IMG/VR virus record: IMGVR_UViG_3300036768_000767
Span: 2,341-66,340 of that record
Reading direction: 5' to 3' (one strand)
Length of the DNA: 64,000 nucleotides
Source: a virus
Made by a program: the position numbers and the translations under genes. The notes under the pieces are model-generated. The model was not told the DNA's origin. It made no database searches and saw only the letters and a list, made by a program, of their open reading frames with translations. Positions 28,504 to 38,703 of the stretch are shown piece after piece (position 1 is the stretch's first letter; each line of letters opens with the position of its first letter).

Positions 28504-30864
28504 ATGGCGTACCAAGGCAATTTCTTCTTTCGGGTGGATGTGACTGTCGCAAGCTACGTCGGCGAGACGAAGACGACCAAGACGTACACGTTCACCAATA
28601 AATCGCTGAAAGACTCCTCGTCGCTCACTACCTACTGGCCCATCCTCCGCTCGATTGGTGAGATCTCGTTCTTGGCAGGCGAGATACTACCCTCAGTGAC
28701 GGCGGGTTCGATCGAGATCGACAACTCAATTGGTTCGTTTGGCACGGGGCGAAAATTCTCTGACATTCTCCAACCAGGCCGTGGCACAGTCGTCGAGCAA
28801 GCTATCAAGGTTTACGTTGCCCAGGCCGGGAACGATTCCGACACTGTCAACTCATGGACGCAGATCGCTTCACTCCTCGTGAGTGACTGGGAGGCTCCGG
28901 CGCAGGGCGAGACGCTGACGTTCAACACGAAGCCGCTCAAATACGACGAGAAAGTGGTCACGCTAGAGGTTAACCGCATGATGTTGGGAATGGAAAACGC
29001 TCCCAGCAGTTCGCTCGGGCGTGCGGTGCCCTTACTCATCGGTGACAACCCGACGGTGATTCCCGTCCGCATCTCGGCAGACGGGGCGACGACAGCCAAG
29101 TACGCGGTCGGAACGGCTTTTTACCAGCTCCTGGAAAACAACCTGTCGACGATCACCGTGTACTCGAAGGACGACGACGACACGTGGCAGGTAATGAACA
29201 ACGGCGGGACCGGTGCTATTACCGATTACTCGACTGCCCCGATCACGGGCTCGCACACACTCAACACCTATGACGGTCGGGCGTGGAAGATAAATCAGAA
29301 CGGGCCCAGCATCGTGACCGGCGTACAACTTCGGGCGAAGGGGAATGGTACGACCGGGCGGGTATCGACTGCCTACCTGGACGTATTCATTTTACAGGTC
29401 GACTCATCCACTTGGAACATCATCAACGAGGAGGTGACCAAGGGCTCGGTCGCCCTGTCGAACTACGATTCGTTGAACAACGCCGGCAACTCTAATTTCG
29501 CCATCAACGTGTCCTTTGAAAAGCCTGCGGTACTCACGTCCGGTCATTACTATTACTTCTGCGGTTGGCACGTCCGCGGGTGGGCGGTAAACGAGCTCTC
29601 CCTGAACTACAACTCGACCCTAACTGACGAACTCAGGCAGGACAGATCTGACGCGAACACGTCGAATGGTTCATGGAAGCTCCTCTTCTTCGGCATCAAT
29701 CGTCCGAATCACAAGTTTCACGAGGTCACGTTCTCGACCACAAATCACGTCAACGGTTACACATCGAACGGCCTCACGTACAGCTTGCTCACGCTCAGTC
29801 AGTTTACCCCTGACAGTGGGCAATCGAACCCGAACTTCGACACGTTACCGATCGCGGTCACTCCCATCCAGGGACTAGTCGCCTATGGCGGCGGCGCGAC
29901 ATTCGACTGGCCGTCGTCGCTCATCGATCTCTTGAGCTACACTTGGAATCCGATAACAAAATCGTGGGCCGCGTCGAATACGTGGGACATAAACACGCTC
30001 GACTCGACACACTACTCCTACCTCTTTGCCGGGCCCAACGCGAACTATCGGAGCCGTGCCGCCCGTGGCGTGTTCGACTCGAAAACGACCTTCCTTCAAG
30101 TCGTGACCGAGGTATGCCGCGGTACGGCTTCACGAGTCGGCGTACTCTCGACCGGGCTATCGTTCGTGTACCCTTGGGGCGTGACGGTCACCCCGGTGGC
30201 GGACATCCCATTCGCTGACATCAACGCGCTGACATGGCAGCAGCGGGACGTTTCGACAGTCGTGAACCGGTGCGTCATCAACCTTGGGAAGAACTACCTC
30301 TCGCCGCCGCGTAGCTTCGAAAACGCCGATGACACGAATGCTAGTTTCCTATACTCGACAGACTTTTCAGCGACAAACTTCACACAAGTGGAGTTCCTCA
30401 CCCGCGAGAGCCGGGTGATGTACGGGAACAGGGACCTTGGGATTACGAACTTTCCGATATACCCGTACCAAGCGAACGGCGGCGGCTATCTCGGGAATAG
30501 TTCGAGTGAGGGTTCAATCCTAGCAGAGTACTACTTGACACGATTTGCCAAGCCCCTCGTCTACTGCAGCTTCATCGTCCCTTGGCACCGTTACTCTGGT
30601 CTGAGAATGTTCGACGTAATTACCTTCACGACACCCGCGTTTCCGGCTTACTACGGGACCGACCCGGACCCGCGCCAGAGCTGGGTAGTCGACACTGGGA
30701 CCACGGTGACGACGGTGGACGTGAACGCGGGGTACGACATGGTTCAAGCCCAGACGTATCGGGGGCTTATCGAAGGGATTTCGTACGTGATGGCGATGGA
30801 GCATGCTCCGGCCATCAAGCTCACGGTGCTGGTGCTCCAGAACTACGCGACCGACCCCACGTAA
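28504..30864 (+). CDS. Baseplate hub / tail tip protein
   Basis: 786 aa, GSIEIDN, GRAVPLLIG, FDVITFT; position. Confidence 0.65.
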   Translation: MAYQGNFFFRVDVTVASYVGETKTTKTYTFTNKSLKDSSSLTTYWPILRSIGEISFLAGEILPSVTAGSIEIDNSIGSFGTGRKFSDILQPGRGTVVEQAIKVYVAQAGNDSDTVNSWTQIASLLVSDWEAPAQGETLTFNTKPLKYDEKVVTLEVNRMMLGMENAPSSSLGRAVPLLIGDNPTVIPVRISADGATTAKYAVGTAFYQLLENNLSTITVYSKDDDDTWQVMNNGGTGAITDYSTAPITGSHTLNTYDGRAWKINQNGPSIVTGVQLRAKGNGTTGRVSTAYLDVFILQVDSSTWNIINEEVTKGSVALSNYDSLNNAGNSNFAINVSFEKPAVLTSGHYYYFCGWHVRGWAVNELSLNYNSTLTDELRQDRSDANTSNGSWKLLFFGINRPNHKFHEVTFSTTNHVNGYTSNGLTYSLLTLSQFTPDSGQSNPNFDTLPIAVTPIQGLVAYGGGATFDWPSSLIDLLSYTWNPITKSWAASNTWDINTLDSTHYSYLFAGPNANYRSRAARGVFDSKTTFLQVVTEVCRGTASRVGVLSTGLSFVYPWGVTVTPVADIPFADINALTWQQRDVSTVVNRCVINLGKNYLSPPRSFENADDTNASFLYSTDFSATNFTQVEFLTRESRVMYGNRDLGITNFPIYPYQANGGGYLGNSSSEGSILAEYYLTRFAKPLVYCSFIVPWHRYSGLRMFDVITFTTPAFPAYYGTDPDPRQSWVVDTGTTVTTVDVNAGYDMVQAQTYRGLIEGISYVMAMEHAPAIKLTVLVLQNYATDPT

Positions 30865-30896
30865 GGACGGAAATGAGGGATACTACCGGATAGCCT

Positions 30897-32084
30897 ATGT
30901 CAGTCTCGATTTCAGACGCCAAAAACCTTCGCACATCCAACTTCACGGCGAACAACGTCGCCGACTCCATCGACTACGCCCTGACCGTCTATAAGGGTGG
31001 AATAACTTCCGGGACGTCAACCGCCTATGTCGTAAACCCGACCCCGGCTTGGACGAGCTACGCGACGGGAGACTTGCTCTGGGTCGTCTGGCACACGACC
31101 AACGGTGCCTCCCCCACACTCAACGTGTCGGGCCTCGGGGCTAAGTCGATCCGCATGCTCAACGCGCCCTTGACTGGCGGTGAGCTTCTGGCCAACACGC
31201 CTACGCTTCTCTACTATGATGGATCGTATCTGCAGGTTGTAATGTTCTCGGCAATGCCACCTCTGTACGTAGATACGACCAATGCGCGCGTGGGTATTGG
31301 GACGGTGCCCCCGGCAGCGAATCAGAAACTCGACGTGCGGGGCCGGATCGTGTCCGGATCTGGCTCGAGTGACGCTGGATTTGCTTGGCGCGACGTCGGA
31401 AGTACTACGATCCGTTGGCATCTAGGTGTCAGGACGGACGTCGGCGGCACCAACTCGGATCTCAAACTCCTTCGATTCGATTCCAGCGGCACGTACCAAG
31501 GTCTGGCGATGCAGATCAGTGAGGCGGGCAACGTGTTCTTCGCCACGGCGGCCGGTGATTTGACGGCCTCCGCCGCGAACTGCTACATCCAAGCCAGCGA
31601 CGGGCGCATCATGCGATCCACGTCATCCATTCGGTACAAGAAAGATATCGAAGACATCTTGCCGTTGTTCTACCGCAAGGCACTCCTCCTGCGAGCCCGC
31701 TGGTTCCGGTCGAAAAACAGCACCGATCATCCCGACTGGAGCTACTACGGTTTGATCGCTGAGGAGGTAGCCGAGATCGAGCCGCGCCTCGTGCACTGGG
31801 ACTATACGCCCGAGTCGTACGAGGAAGTATCGGTCGATGAGGATGTCGAGGTAGGTAGGAACAAGAACGGCCAACCGTTGATAGAAAAACGGACCCTCAC
31901 CGAGCGTCGACTCCGGCCAGAGCACCAGCGTGAACTCCGCCCGGAAAGTGTGCAGTACGACCGCCTTGCGGTTCTCCTACTCCCGCTCGTCCAGGAGCAT
32001 GAGCAAGAGATCGCAGCGCTGAAAGCCCAGAACGCGGCTCTCGAAGCCAAACTGGCCGCCATCGAAGCGAGGCTTGCCCCATAG
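30897..32084 (+). CDS. Tail fibre with C-terminal intramolecular chaperone (Peptidase_S74)
   Basis: RVGIGT, SSIRYKKDIED, YGLIAEEV..IEP.LV, VQYDRL, coiled-coil end. Confidence 0.9.
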   Translation: MSVSISDAKNLRTSNFTANNVADSIDYALTVYKGGITSGTSTAYVVNPTPAWTSYATGDLLWVVWHTTNGASPTLNVSGLGAKSIRMLNAPLTGGELLANTPTLLYYDGSYLQVVMFSAMPPLYVDTTNARVGIGTVPPAANQKLDVRGRIVSGSGSSDAGFAWRDVGSTTIRWHLGVRTDVGGTNSDLKLLRFDSSGTYQGLAMQISEAGNVFFATAAGDLTASAANCYIQASDGRIMRSTSSIRYKKDIEDILPLFYRKALLLRARWFRSKNSTDHPDWSYYGLIAEEVAEIEPRLVHWDYTPESYEEVSVDEDVEVGRNKNGQPLIEKRTLTERRLRPEHQRELRPESVQYDRLAVLLLPLVQEHEQEIAALKAQNAALEAKLAAIEARLAP

Positions 32085-32182
32085 AAGGCCGACCGCCGCT
32101 AGGGCAACACTCCTCCGCACGTTCGAGGTGAAAGGCGGGACGGCTGCAATACTCGGCATTACGAGCTACCAGGATGCGATAA

Positions 32183-32217
32183 CCCCCTACCAGACCGATA
32201 TTGGAGCGGTCGATAAT
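32183..32217 (+). promoter_or_regulatory. Putative late promoter (copy 2)
   Basis: Same motif and 11-nt spacer as 14391-14425. Confidence 0.6.
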
Positions 32218-32249
32218 GGGGCCACGAGTTTCAGACGAGGGTTCACCGC

Positions 32250-32474
32250 ATGACGACAGATTACGACACGTTTTCCATCGAGGAATTAGAGGTCAAGGGG
32301 AACGAACTCCAGGCCCAGGCCGACGCCATTCGCGACGAGCGAGCGAAGCTCCAGGCGGCGCTCAGTAAGAAGCTCCAGGAGAACCGCCTGCGCGGCATCC
32401 TGGAATCGGCGGGCATCGACGCGGTCGCTGCGGTCAACGTGCTTAGCCTCATGGGTTCTGCGCAGAAGGCATAA
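32250..32474 (+). CDS. Hypothetical coiled-coil protein
   Basis: GAGG RBS. Confidence 0.6.
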   Translation: MTTDYDTFSIEELEVKGNELQAQADAIRDERAKLQAALSKKLQENRLRGILESAGIDAVAAVNVLSLMGSAQKA

Positions 32475-32483
32475 CGGAGGGAT

Positions 32484-32909
32484 ATGTCGGACGTAGTCTA
32501 CAACGCGGCAAAAAAGTACCTGCTCAACGGCTCGGTCGATCTCGATACGGATACTCTGAAGCTCATGCTGGTCACCTCGAGCTACACCCCGGATATCGAC
32601 GCTCACGCTTTTCGGTCGGACGTCACGAACGAGGTGACGGGTACCGGCTATTCTTCGGGCGGTACGGCCCTTGCAAACAAAACGGTCATCCAGGACAACA
32701 CGAACGACCGCGCAAAGTTTGATGCCGATGATGTCTCGTGGCCTTCGTCCACAATCACGGCTCGCGGGGCAGTGCTCTACAAGAGCCGCGGCGGGGCAGC
32801 TTCGGCGGACGAGCTTATTTGCTACTTCGACTTTGGATCCGACAAGAGCTCGAGCTCCGGCACTTTTACGGTTCAATTCAACGCGAACGGTATCCTGCTC
32901 CTGTCGTAA
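32484..32909 (+). CDS. Phage tail-associated structural protein
   Basis: DLDTDTLKLML, NEVTGTGYSSGG, FDADDVSW, LICYFDFG, GTFTVQFNANGI motifs typical of this phage family. Confidence 0.8.
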   Translation: MSDVVYNAAKKYLLNGSVDLDTDTLKLMLVTSSYTPDIDAHAFRSDVTNEVTGTGYSSGGTALANKTVIQDNTNDRAKFDADDVSWPSSTITARGAVLYKSRGGAASADELICYFDFGSDKSSSSGTFTVQFNANGILLLS

Positions 32910-32931
32910 CCATTTTCACTAGCGGAGGGCC

Positions 32932-33708
32932 GTGGCCGACAACACCTCGATTGACCCGGGAGCTAGCCCCACCGTAACCATCGCGACGGACGAGATTTCC
33001 GGGATCCATTACCAGAAGGTCAAGCTTTACAATGCCACGACCGACAGCACGGACCCTGTGCTCGAGGGCCACCGGTTCGGCGCATCGTCCGAGCGCATCC
33101 CGTTTGTGGCGCTCATGGCCTATGAGTACAGGCAGATAGACGCGTTAGTTGAGTCGGGGTCCACTTCCACTGTCATCAACTGCACTGGTCATTCGGCTGT
33201 CGTTGGTGCTGTGGTTTCGTTCGCCTACTGGGCGAGCACGCCATCTGCGGTGTCTTACGTCACGGCGGTCACGGCGAATACCATCACCGTCAGTCCGCCC
33301 CTTCCCGCTGCACCGACCAATGGTGATAAATTCGACATTCTCCAGGGAAAGCCGGTTCCGATAGAGCCAGGCGTCGGTGCGTTACGGGTCGTGACGACTA
33401 GTTCGAGTACCGTCAAGCTCACCTCGAACGTGGTCAGCTCGTCCGTTACGGTCGCCTCCGTCGGCGACACGACATCGAGTACCACGCTCAAAGCGTCGAA
33501 CGCATTGCGGAAGCGCATCACGATCACTAACGACTCGACTGCCCGGCTCTACATCCTCTTAGGTTCCGGCACTGCGTCCTCGACGAACTACACCATCTCA
33601 CTCGGACGTTACGACACATATGAAGACACGATGTACACCGGCAATATCACCGGCGTCTGGGATTCTGACCCCAATACCGGTAATGCTCTGATCACGGAGG
33701 TTACGTAA
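32932..33708 (+). CDS. Putative virion fibre/decoration protein
   Basis: MADN..IATDEI..HYQKVKL N-terminus; S/T-rich. Confidence 0.7.
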   Translation: MADNTSIDPGASPTVTIATDEISGIHYQKVKLYNATTDSTDPVLEGHRFGASSERIPFVALMAYEYRQIDALVESGSTSTVINCTGHSAVVGAVVSFAYWASTPSAVSYVTAVTANTITVSPPLPAAPTNGDKFDILQGKPVPIEPGVGALRVVTTSSSTVKLTSNVVSSSVTVASVGDTTSSTTLKASNALRKRITITNDSTARLYILLGSGTASSTNYTISLGRYDTYEDTMYTGNITGVWDSDPNTGNALITEVT

Positions 33709-33711
33709 CCG

Positions 33712-34449
33712 ATGCCCATCTACCGCGCCGGCAACACCGGAACCATCAGCGCAGGTACCAACTCGGCCACTCTCGGCCAGGTTGTATTCTCCAACTCCAA
33801 TAACATCTCATTCGGGATGAATAACTCGTCGCAGGTCACGGCATCTTACGACCCTGCTCGCGTAAACAACTTCATAATACGGCAGGGAAGCTTAGCGGCT
33901 GCTAGTTATGGCAACTCAGTCTTCTTCGTTCAGCCGTGCGACATGCCGCCCGGGACGTTCGATCGGGCACTGCACTTCGTGAATGTGACTAACACGACAA
34001 ACGTCACGGGCACGCTTACGATTTCGTTCTTTCACGGTCTCTACACCAGAAATAACAACACGCTATCGCTCGCCACGAGCGGCTCACAGTCGCTGGCAAT
34101 TACTTTCAGCGGCTCGGAGCGCAACTCACTCAACACCGGTATTCGACACTTCTCCATTCCGCTCAGCGCGAACATTACTGGCGGTGCGTACTGGTACGCG
34201 GCGGGTTCGGTTACGGCAACCGCCGGCGCAAACGCCACCGTCAATCAGCTCGTCGTTTCGCAGTTCAACTCTTCGTTCATTGGACCGCTCGGTGTTCCCA
34301 GCAACCAGAGTTATCAAAAGGCGATTGGGTACGGCTCTTGGTCCGCGAACACGAACAACGTTCCATCGAGTATGGCGTTCTCCGACCTACGGGGTTCGGG
34401 CCTCTGGGCACGTGATCAGTACGTGGTGTTCGTGAACGGCACGGTTTAG
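33712..34449 (+). CDS. N/S/T-rich putative virion protein
   Basis: ISAGT..VVFSNSNNISFG motif; composition. Confidence 0.65.
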   Translation: MPIYRAGNTGTISAGTNSATLGQVVFSNSNNISFGMNNSSQVTASYDPARVNNFIIRQGSLAAASYGNSVFFVQPCDMPPGTFDRALHFVNVTNTTNVTGTLTISFFHGLYTRNNNTLSLATSGSQSLAITFSGSERNSLNTGIRHFSIPLSANITGGAYWYAAGSVTATAGANATVNQLVVSQFNSSFIGPLGVPSNQSYQKAIGYGSWSANTNNVPSSMAFSDLRGSGLWARDQYVVFVNGTV

Positions 34450-34488
34450 GGATAGGCCCTTTGCGTTTAGTCTGAGATAGTCTGATCG

Positions 34489-35208
34489 ATGAAACCAGAG
34501 CTCATCATTCAAGACTTCGCCGGGGTTCATAACAGCGACCTTCAAAGAACTTCTGCGCGGCTAATCAAAGGCGGTAGCTGGAAAAGGCAGCGCATCATCT
34601 TGATCATTCCTGCCGGGGCAAGCATTCCCGCAAAGGTCTATCTTACCCATATGAACCTTGTGTTTCCGCCGAACCAAGGATGTCTTCGCATCCTTGCGCA
34701 AGGTATGGAGGTTGGTGAGGCATACTCGAACGCTATCGAGCAGATTCTCGCTCACCCGGATTTCTCGCAATGGGAGTACTTGCTTACAATCGAGCACGAC
34801 AACTGCCCGCCGTCGGACGGCGTACTTCAGCTTCTTGAGTCGATGGAGGCGCATCCGGAGTTCGCGTGTATTGGGGGGCTGTACTACACGAAGGGTCCTG
34901 GAGGCGTGGCGCAGATCTGGGGCGACCCCAAAGACCCGATCCTGAACTACCGCCCCCAGCCACCTGACCCCAACGGCGGGCTAGTGGAGTGCTGTGGGAC
35001 GGGCATGGGTTTTAATCTGTTCAGGTTGTCCATGTTCAAGGATGAGCGAATTCCGAGACCATGGTTTCGCACGAAATTTGGCAAAGAGGGCGGCGCAACT
35101 CAGGATCTCGCCTTCTGGGCCGAGGCTCGGAAGTACGGGTATCGGTGCGCGATCGACTGCCGCGTGCGGGTCGGGCACTACGACGCCCAGCAAGATATCA
35201 CCTGGTAG
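34489..35208 (+). CDS. Glycosyltransferase (GT-A/GT2-like)
   Basis: YLLTIEHDN (DxD position), IGGLYY.K, GTGMGFNLF, QDLAFW, IDCRVRVGH. Confidence 0.85.
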   Translation: MKPELIIQDFAGVHNSDLQRTSARLIKGGSWKRQRIILIIPAGASIPAKVYLTHMNLVFPPNQGCLRILAQGMEVGEAYSNAIEQILAHPDFSQWEYLLTIEHDNCPPSDGVLQLLESMEAHPEFACIGGLYYTKGPGGVAQIWGDPKDPILNYRPQPPDPNGGLVECCGTGMGFNLFRLSMFKDERIPRPWFRTKFGKEGGATQDLAFWAEARKYGYRCAIDCRVRVGHYDAQQDITW

Positions 35209-35211
35209 GTT

Positions 35212-35820
35212 ATGACGAAGAAAAAGCTCGAAAAAATGCAATCCAAAGCCTCTCGGCAACTCATCAAGCTCGACATTGCAGCGGGCCAGAACAAGCGCGA
35301 AGGTTTTGTCGGTATCGATCTCTATTCCGGCAGTGACATCGTCCACAACCTGAACCACTACCCATGGCCCATTGCCGACGAATCAGTGTCCGAGGCTCAT
35401 TGTAGTCATTACCTCGAGCACATCCCGATGGCCTACTGGCACCCGGGAAACCGCTACTCACCGGTGCAGGAGACCCCGAAGGGCCGGGACGCCCTGTGTA
35501 AATTCTTCGACGAGCTTCATCGCATCCTCGTGCCCGGCGGGAAATGCTACCTCATCGCCCCGTACTATGCGAACCAGCGGTGCTGGCAAGATCCTACCCA
35601 CCGCAGGCCCATCTGCGACAGCACATTCTTCTACCTCTCAAAGCAGTGGCGGGAGGCGAATCGTCTCGATCACTACGGAATGACCTGCGATTTCGAAGCC
35701 ACATGGGGCTACGCATTCGAGCAGGATCTCTTGGGCCGAAACGACGAGTACCGCCAATTCGCCGTCCGACACCACTGGCACGCCGTCCAAGACATCCACG
35801 CTACCCTGACCAAGAAGTAA
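35212..35820 (+). CDS. Class I SAM-dependent methyltransferase
   Basis: KLDIAAG, GFVGID, SHYLEH, ELHRILVPGG, WQDPTH. Confidence 0.9.
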   Translation: MTKKKLEKMQSKASRQLIKLDIAAGQNKREGFVGIDLYSGSDIVHNLNHYPWPIADESVSEAHCSHYLEHIPMAYWHPGNRYSPVQETPKGRDALCKFFDELHRILVPGGKCYLIAPYYANQRCWQDPTHRRPICDSTFFYLSKQWREANRLDHYGMTCDFEATWGYAFEQDLLGRNDEYRQFAVRHHWHAVQDIHATLTKK

Positions 35821-35843
35821 GCTCGTGATACCCTTGGGGTGAC

Positions 35844-37457
35844 ATGCTCACCCTGCTTCTCAAGACTCATAGCGCTTCGGGCGGCGTCACCGCCGCCGTC
35901 TCGAGCGTTGCTCTTGCGGTTGCCGCGCAAACCGTAACGGTCGCCAGCGACACCAATACGAGCCAGAACGCGCTGATAGTGGCCCTGTCCCCGCAAGCCG
36001 TAAGCGTCGCGTGCGGCGCAAGCATATTGCAAAACGCCCAGATGCTTGCCGCTTCTTCGCAGGCGGTTTCGGTGGCCAGCTCGGCTGTCATACCGACCGG
36101 GGCTCAGGCGAGTACGCTCGCCGCGCAATCCTCTACCGTTACGACGGATCAGGTCCTATCGCAGAACACCGTTACACTTACCATTACTCCGCAAGCATCG
36201 ACAGTCGCAGGCAATGCCAACACGGCACAAGGGGCTCAGGCTCTCGCGGTCTCGGGTCAAGCGGTCACTGTCACTAGCGGCGCAACCGCCGCGGTCAACG
36301 CGGAGACCGTCGTTGCGAGCGTGCAAGGCGTTTCGGTCACTGGGGACGCGGCGGTTACACAAAACGCCCAGACACTGACCGCCATCCCTCAGAGCGTTTC
36401 CGTTGCGACCGGCCAGACCCTTGCTCAAAACGCACAGACGGTAACCACGAGTGCTCAGGCGGTGGCCGTCACCGGCGACGTCAGTGCGACTCAGAACGCA
36501 CAAACCTTGACCGTCCTCGAGCAAGCACCGACGGTGGCTATCGATATCTCCACTACTCAAAACGCCCAAAGCCTAACGCTCGCACCACAAGGAGCAAGCG
36601 TCGGCGGCGCCGTCACGGGCGCTGCGAACACCCAGACGGTCACGGTCGGCGCGCAGGGGACTTCGGTCTCGACAGACCAGGTGCTCACCCAGAACGTTCA
36701 GACGCTCACGGCATCCCCACAGGTCGTCACGGTCACTGGAGACGCTAGTGCGACGCTTGCTGCCGTGGCGCTGGTCGCCTCGCTCCAGTCCCCGAATCTC
36801 TTGACCGACCAGGTACTGGCCCAGAACGCCATCTCGCTCACCGTCTCACCGCAGGCCGTGTCGATTGCGACCGGTAGTAACGTCACGGTAACCGCCGGGG
36901 TAGTCTCCGGGTCACTGGCGGCCCAAGGCGCGACTGTTTCGGGCTCGACCACCGCTTCCCCTGGGGTCGTCTCGGTGACGGTCTCCGGGCTTTCTACGGC
37001 CGTTATAAGCGACCAGATCTTGTCAGTCGGCACTGCTACGGTCACGCTCGCCGCCGTTACACCGTCGGCGTTGGGCAGTACGAGCGTCCCGGTGGGCGCG
37101 CTGGTCGCGTACGTCACCCCGGAAGCGGTCATGACCGCCGGGGGCGCGACGGGTCTGCCCGGAGCACTGTCGGTCTCGGCTACACCCCTTACGCTCAATA
37201 CCCTGTTTGATTACGCGGTGGGAACAAACGCACTCGCGCTCACCGCCGCGCCGCAGGCCGTCAACGTTGTTGTCGTGGTCATGGCCGCGAATGCTTCCGT
37301 CGGTTGGAAGGCCGTTGGAACTCTGCGGTGGACGGCCGAGGAGAACCGACTTCACTTCACCCCGGCTGACGGGCGGGTTCATTGGACGGCGGACGAGAAC
37401 CGCCTGCACTTCACTGCCCGAGGTCGGTTACACTGGACCGCGGAGGACGATGAGTAA
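35844..37457 (+). CDS. A/V/S/T/Q-rich repeat protein (~22-aa repeats), putative fibre
   Basis: QNAQTL...Q.V.V repeats; C-terminal RLH[WF]TA repeats. Confidence 0.8.
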   Translation: MLTLLLKTHSASGGVTAAVSSVALAVAAQTVTVASDTNTSQNALIVALSPQAVSVACGASILQNAQMLAASSQAVSVASSAVIPTGAQASTLAAQSSTVTTDQVLSQNTVTLTITPQASTVAGNANTAQGAQALAVSGQAVTVTSGATAAVNAETVVASVQGVSVTGDAAVTQNAQTLTAIPQSVSVATGQTLAQNAQTVTTSAQAVAVTGDVSATQNAQTLTVLEQAPTVAIDISTTQNAQSLTLAPQGASVGGAVTGAANTQTVTVGAQGTSVSTDQVLTQNVQTLTASPQVVTVTGDASATLAAVALVASLQSPNLLTDQVLAQNAISLTVSPQAVSIATGSNVTVTAGVVSGSLAAQGATVSGSTTASPGVVSVTVSGLSTAVISDQILSVGTATVTLAAVTPSALGSTSVPVGALVAYVTPEAVMTAGGATGLPGALSVSATPLTLNTLFDYAVGTNALALTAAPQAVNVVVVVMAANASVGWKAVGTLRWTAEENRLHFTPADGRVHWTADENRLHFTARGRLHWTAEDDE

Positions 37458-37782
37458 AGCCAAGGAGATTCCGATCAAACACCCATCCGAGACGAAGACC
37501 GCTGGGGTCTCGTTCGTCAACGTCCTGGAGTCCGGCGAGAGCCTCACCGGCACACCGACCGTCACATCCTCGCCGTCCGGGCTTACCATCACGAACATCC
37601 AACGGAATGCAACGGCTATCACCATCAATGGCGCGTCGGTCGCCGCCAATAAGGCAGTCTTGTTCACCGTCTCCGGGGGCAAGCACGGCGTCCAGTACGA
37701 GCTCGAGGTACAATGCAACACTAACGGCACCCCGGCGCAAAGTCCGCTCGTCGAGTGCAAGCTTCTCGTCCAGGACGGCTAG
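37450..37782 (+). CDS. Fibre-tail adaptor-like protein
   Basis: K.PSE....VSF...L.SGESL, VSGG..G..Y; overlaps previous stop. Confidence 0.7.
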   Translation: MSKAKEIPIKHPSETKTAGVSFVNVLESGESLTGTPTVTSSPSGLTITNIQRNATAITINGASVAANKAVLFTVSGGKHGVQYELEVQCNTNGTPAQSPLVECKLLVQDG

Positions 37783-37863
37783 ATCCCCCTCTACAGAACA
37801 GCTTTTCCCTCGTGGTATCCTCGAACTGGAGACGGCAGATCGATGCTCGAGCGGGCAGTTCTA

Positions 37864-38136
37864 ATGATGGCGGAGAAGATCGACGGTGACATGTTCAGAT
37901 GGATCCTAGGCGGCATCCTTGGCCTCTTCTCCATGATCGGCGGTTTCTGGCTGACCAACCTCACGAACGCCATGACCGACCTGCGCCGGGATGTCGTGCA
38001 GCTCGGCCAAGAGCAATCGGCCCTCAAGGCCCACGACGAGTCGCAAACCAAGCTCCTCGATCGCGTCGACCAGCGGTTCGAGCGGATCGAGCAAAAAATC
38101 GACCTTCTGCTCCAGGAGAGGCGCAGCCACCCGTGA
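37864..38136 (+). CDS. Single-TM coiled-coil protein (holin/anti-holin-like)
   Basis: TM WILGGILGLFSMIGGFWL, FERIEQKID; before endolysin. Confidence 0.6.
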   Translation: MMAEKIDGDMFRWILGGILGLFSMIGGFWLTNLTNAMTDLRRDVVQLGQEQSALKAHDESQTKLLDRVDQRFERIEQKIDLLLQERRSHP

Positions 38137-38151
38137 CCAAACCCGAGGATT

Positions 38152-38700
38152 ATGAACGAGGGACAAGGCCCCCACGAAAAGTCCGGCGAAGGCAGAATCG
38201 TACCGTCCCTATCTCCGTTCGACAGGGCGTTTCTACTCGTCCTCGGGTATGAGGGAGGGTACGGAATCGATACCCGCGATTCTGGTGGTGAGACAAAATA
38301 CGGCATCTCCAAGGCCCAGTACCCAAATCTCGACATCAAGAACCTAACCATCGACGACGCTAAGGCCATCTACCGAAGCGACTACTGGCACGCGTTCCAC
38401 TGCGGCGAAATTCCATGGCCGCTCGGCTTCGCCTTCTTCGACAGCGTCGTTCAGTTCGCCCCGCGCAACCCGATCCGGTGGCTGCAAGGTGCGGTCGGCG
38501 CGGTCGTGGACGGCGTCCTCGGCCCCCGTACCATCCAGGTGGTAAACGAGTGCCGAGATATCGAGATGGCATTGATTCGATTCATGCACGAGCGGGGTGA
38601 GTACCGGACGCTCCGGCCGAACTACGACCACTTCGGGAAAGGCTGGCGCAAGCGTGACCTGATGGTGGTCGCGGACGCGATCCGATTCTGGGGGAAGTAA
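38152..38700 (+). CDS. Endolysin, glycosyl hydrolase family 108 + PG-binding
   Basis: EGGY..D.RD.GGETKYGIS, IYRSDYW, DGVLGPRT, FGKGW. Confidence 0.95.
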   Translation: MNEGQGPHEKSGEGRIVPSLSPFDRAFLLVLGYEGGYGIDTRDSGGETKYGISKAQYPNLDIKNLTIDDAKAIYRSDYWHAFHCGEIPWPLGFAFFDSVVQFAPRNPIRWLQGAVGAVVDGVLGPRTIQVVNECRDIEMALIRFMHERGEYRTLRPNYDHFGKGWRKRDLMVVADAIRFWGK

Positions 38701-38703
38701 GCC

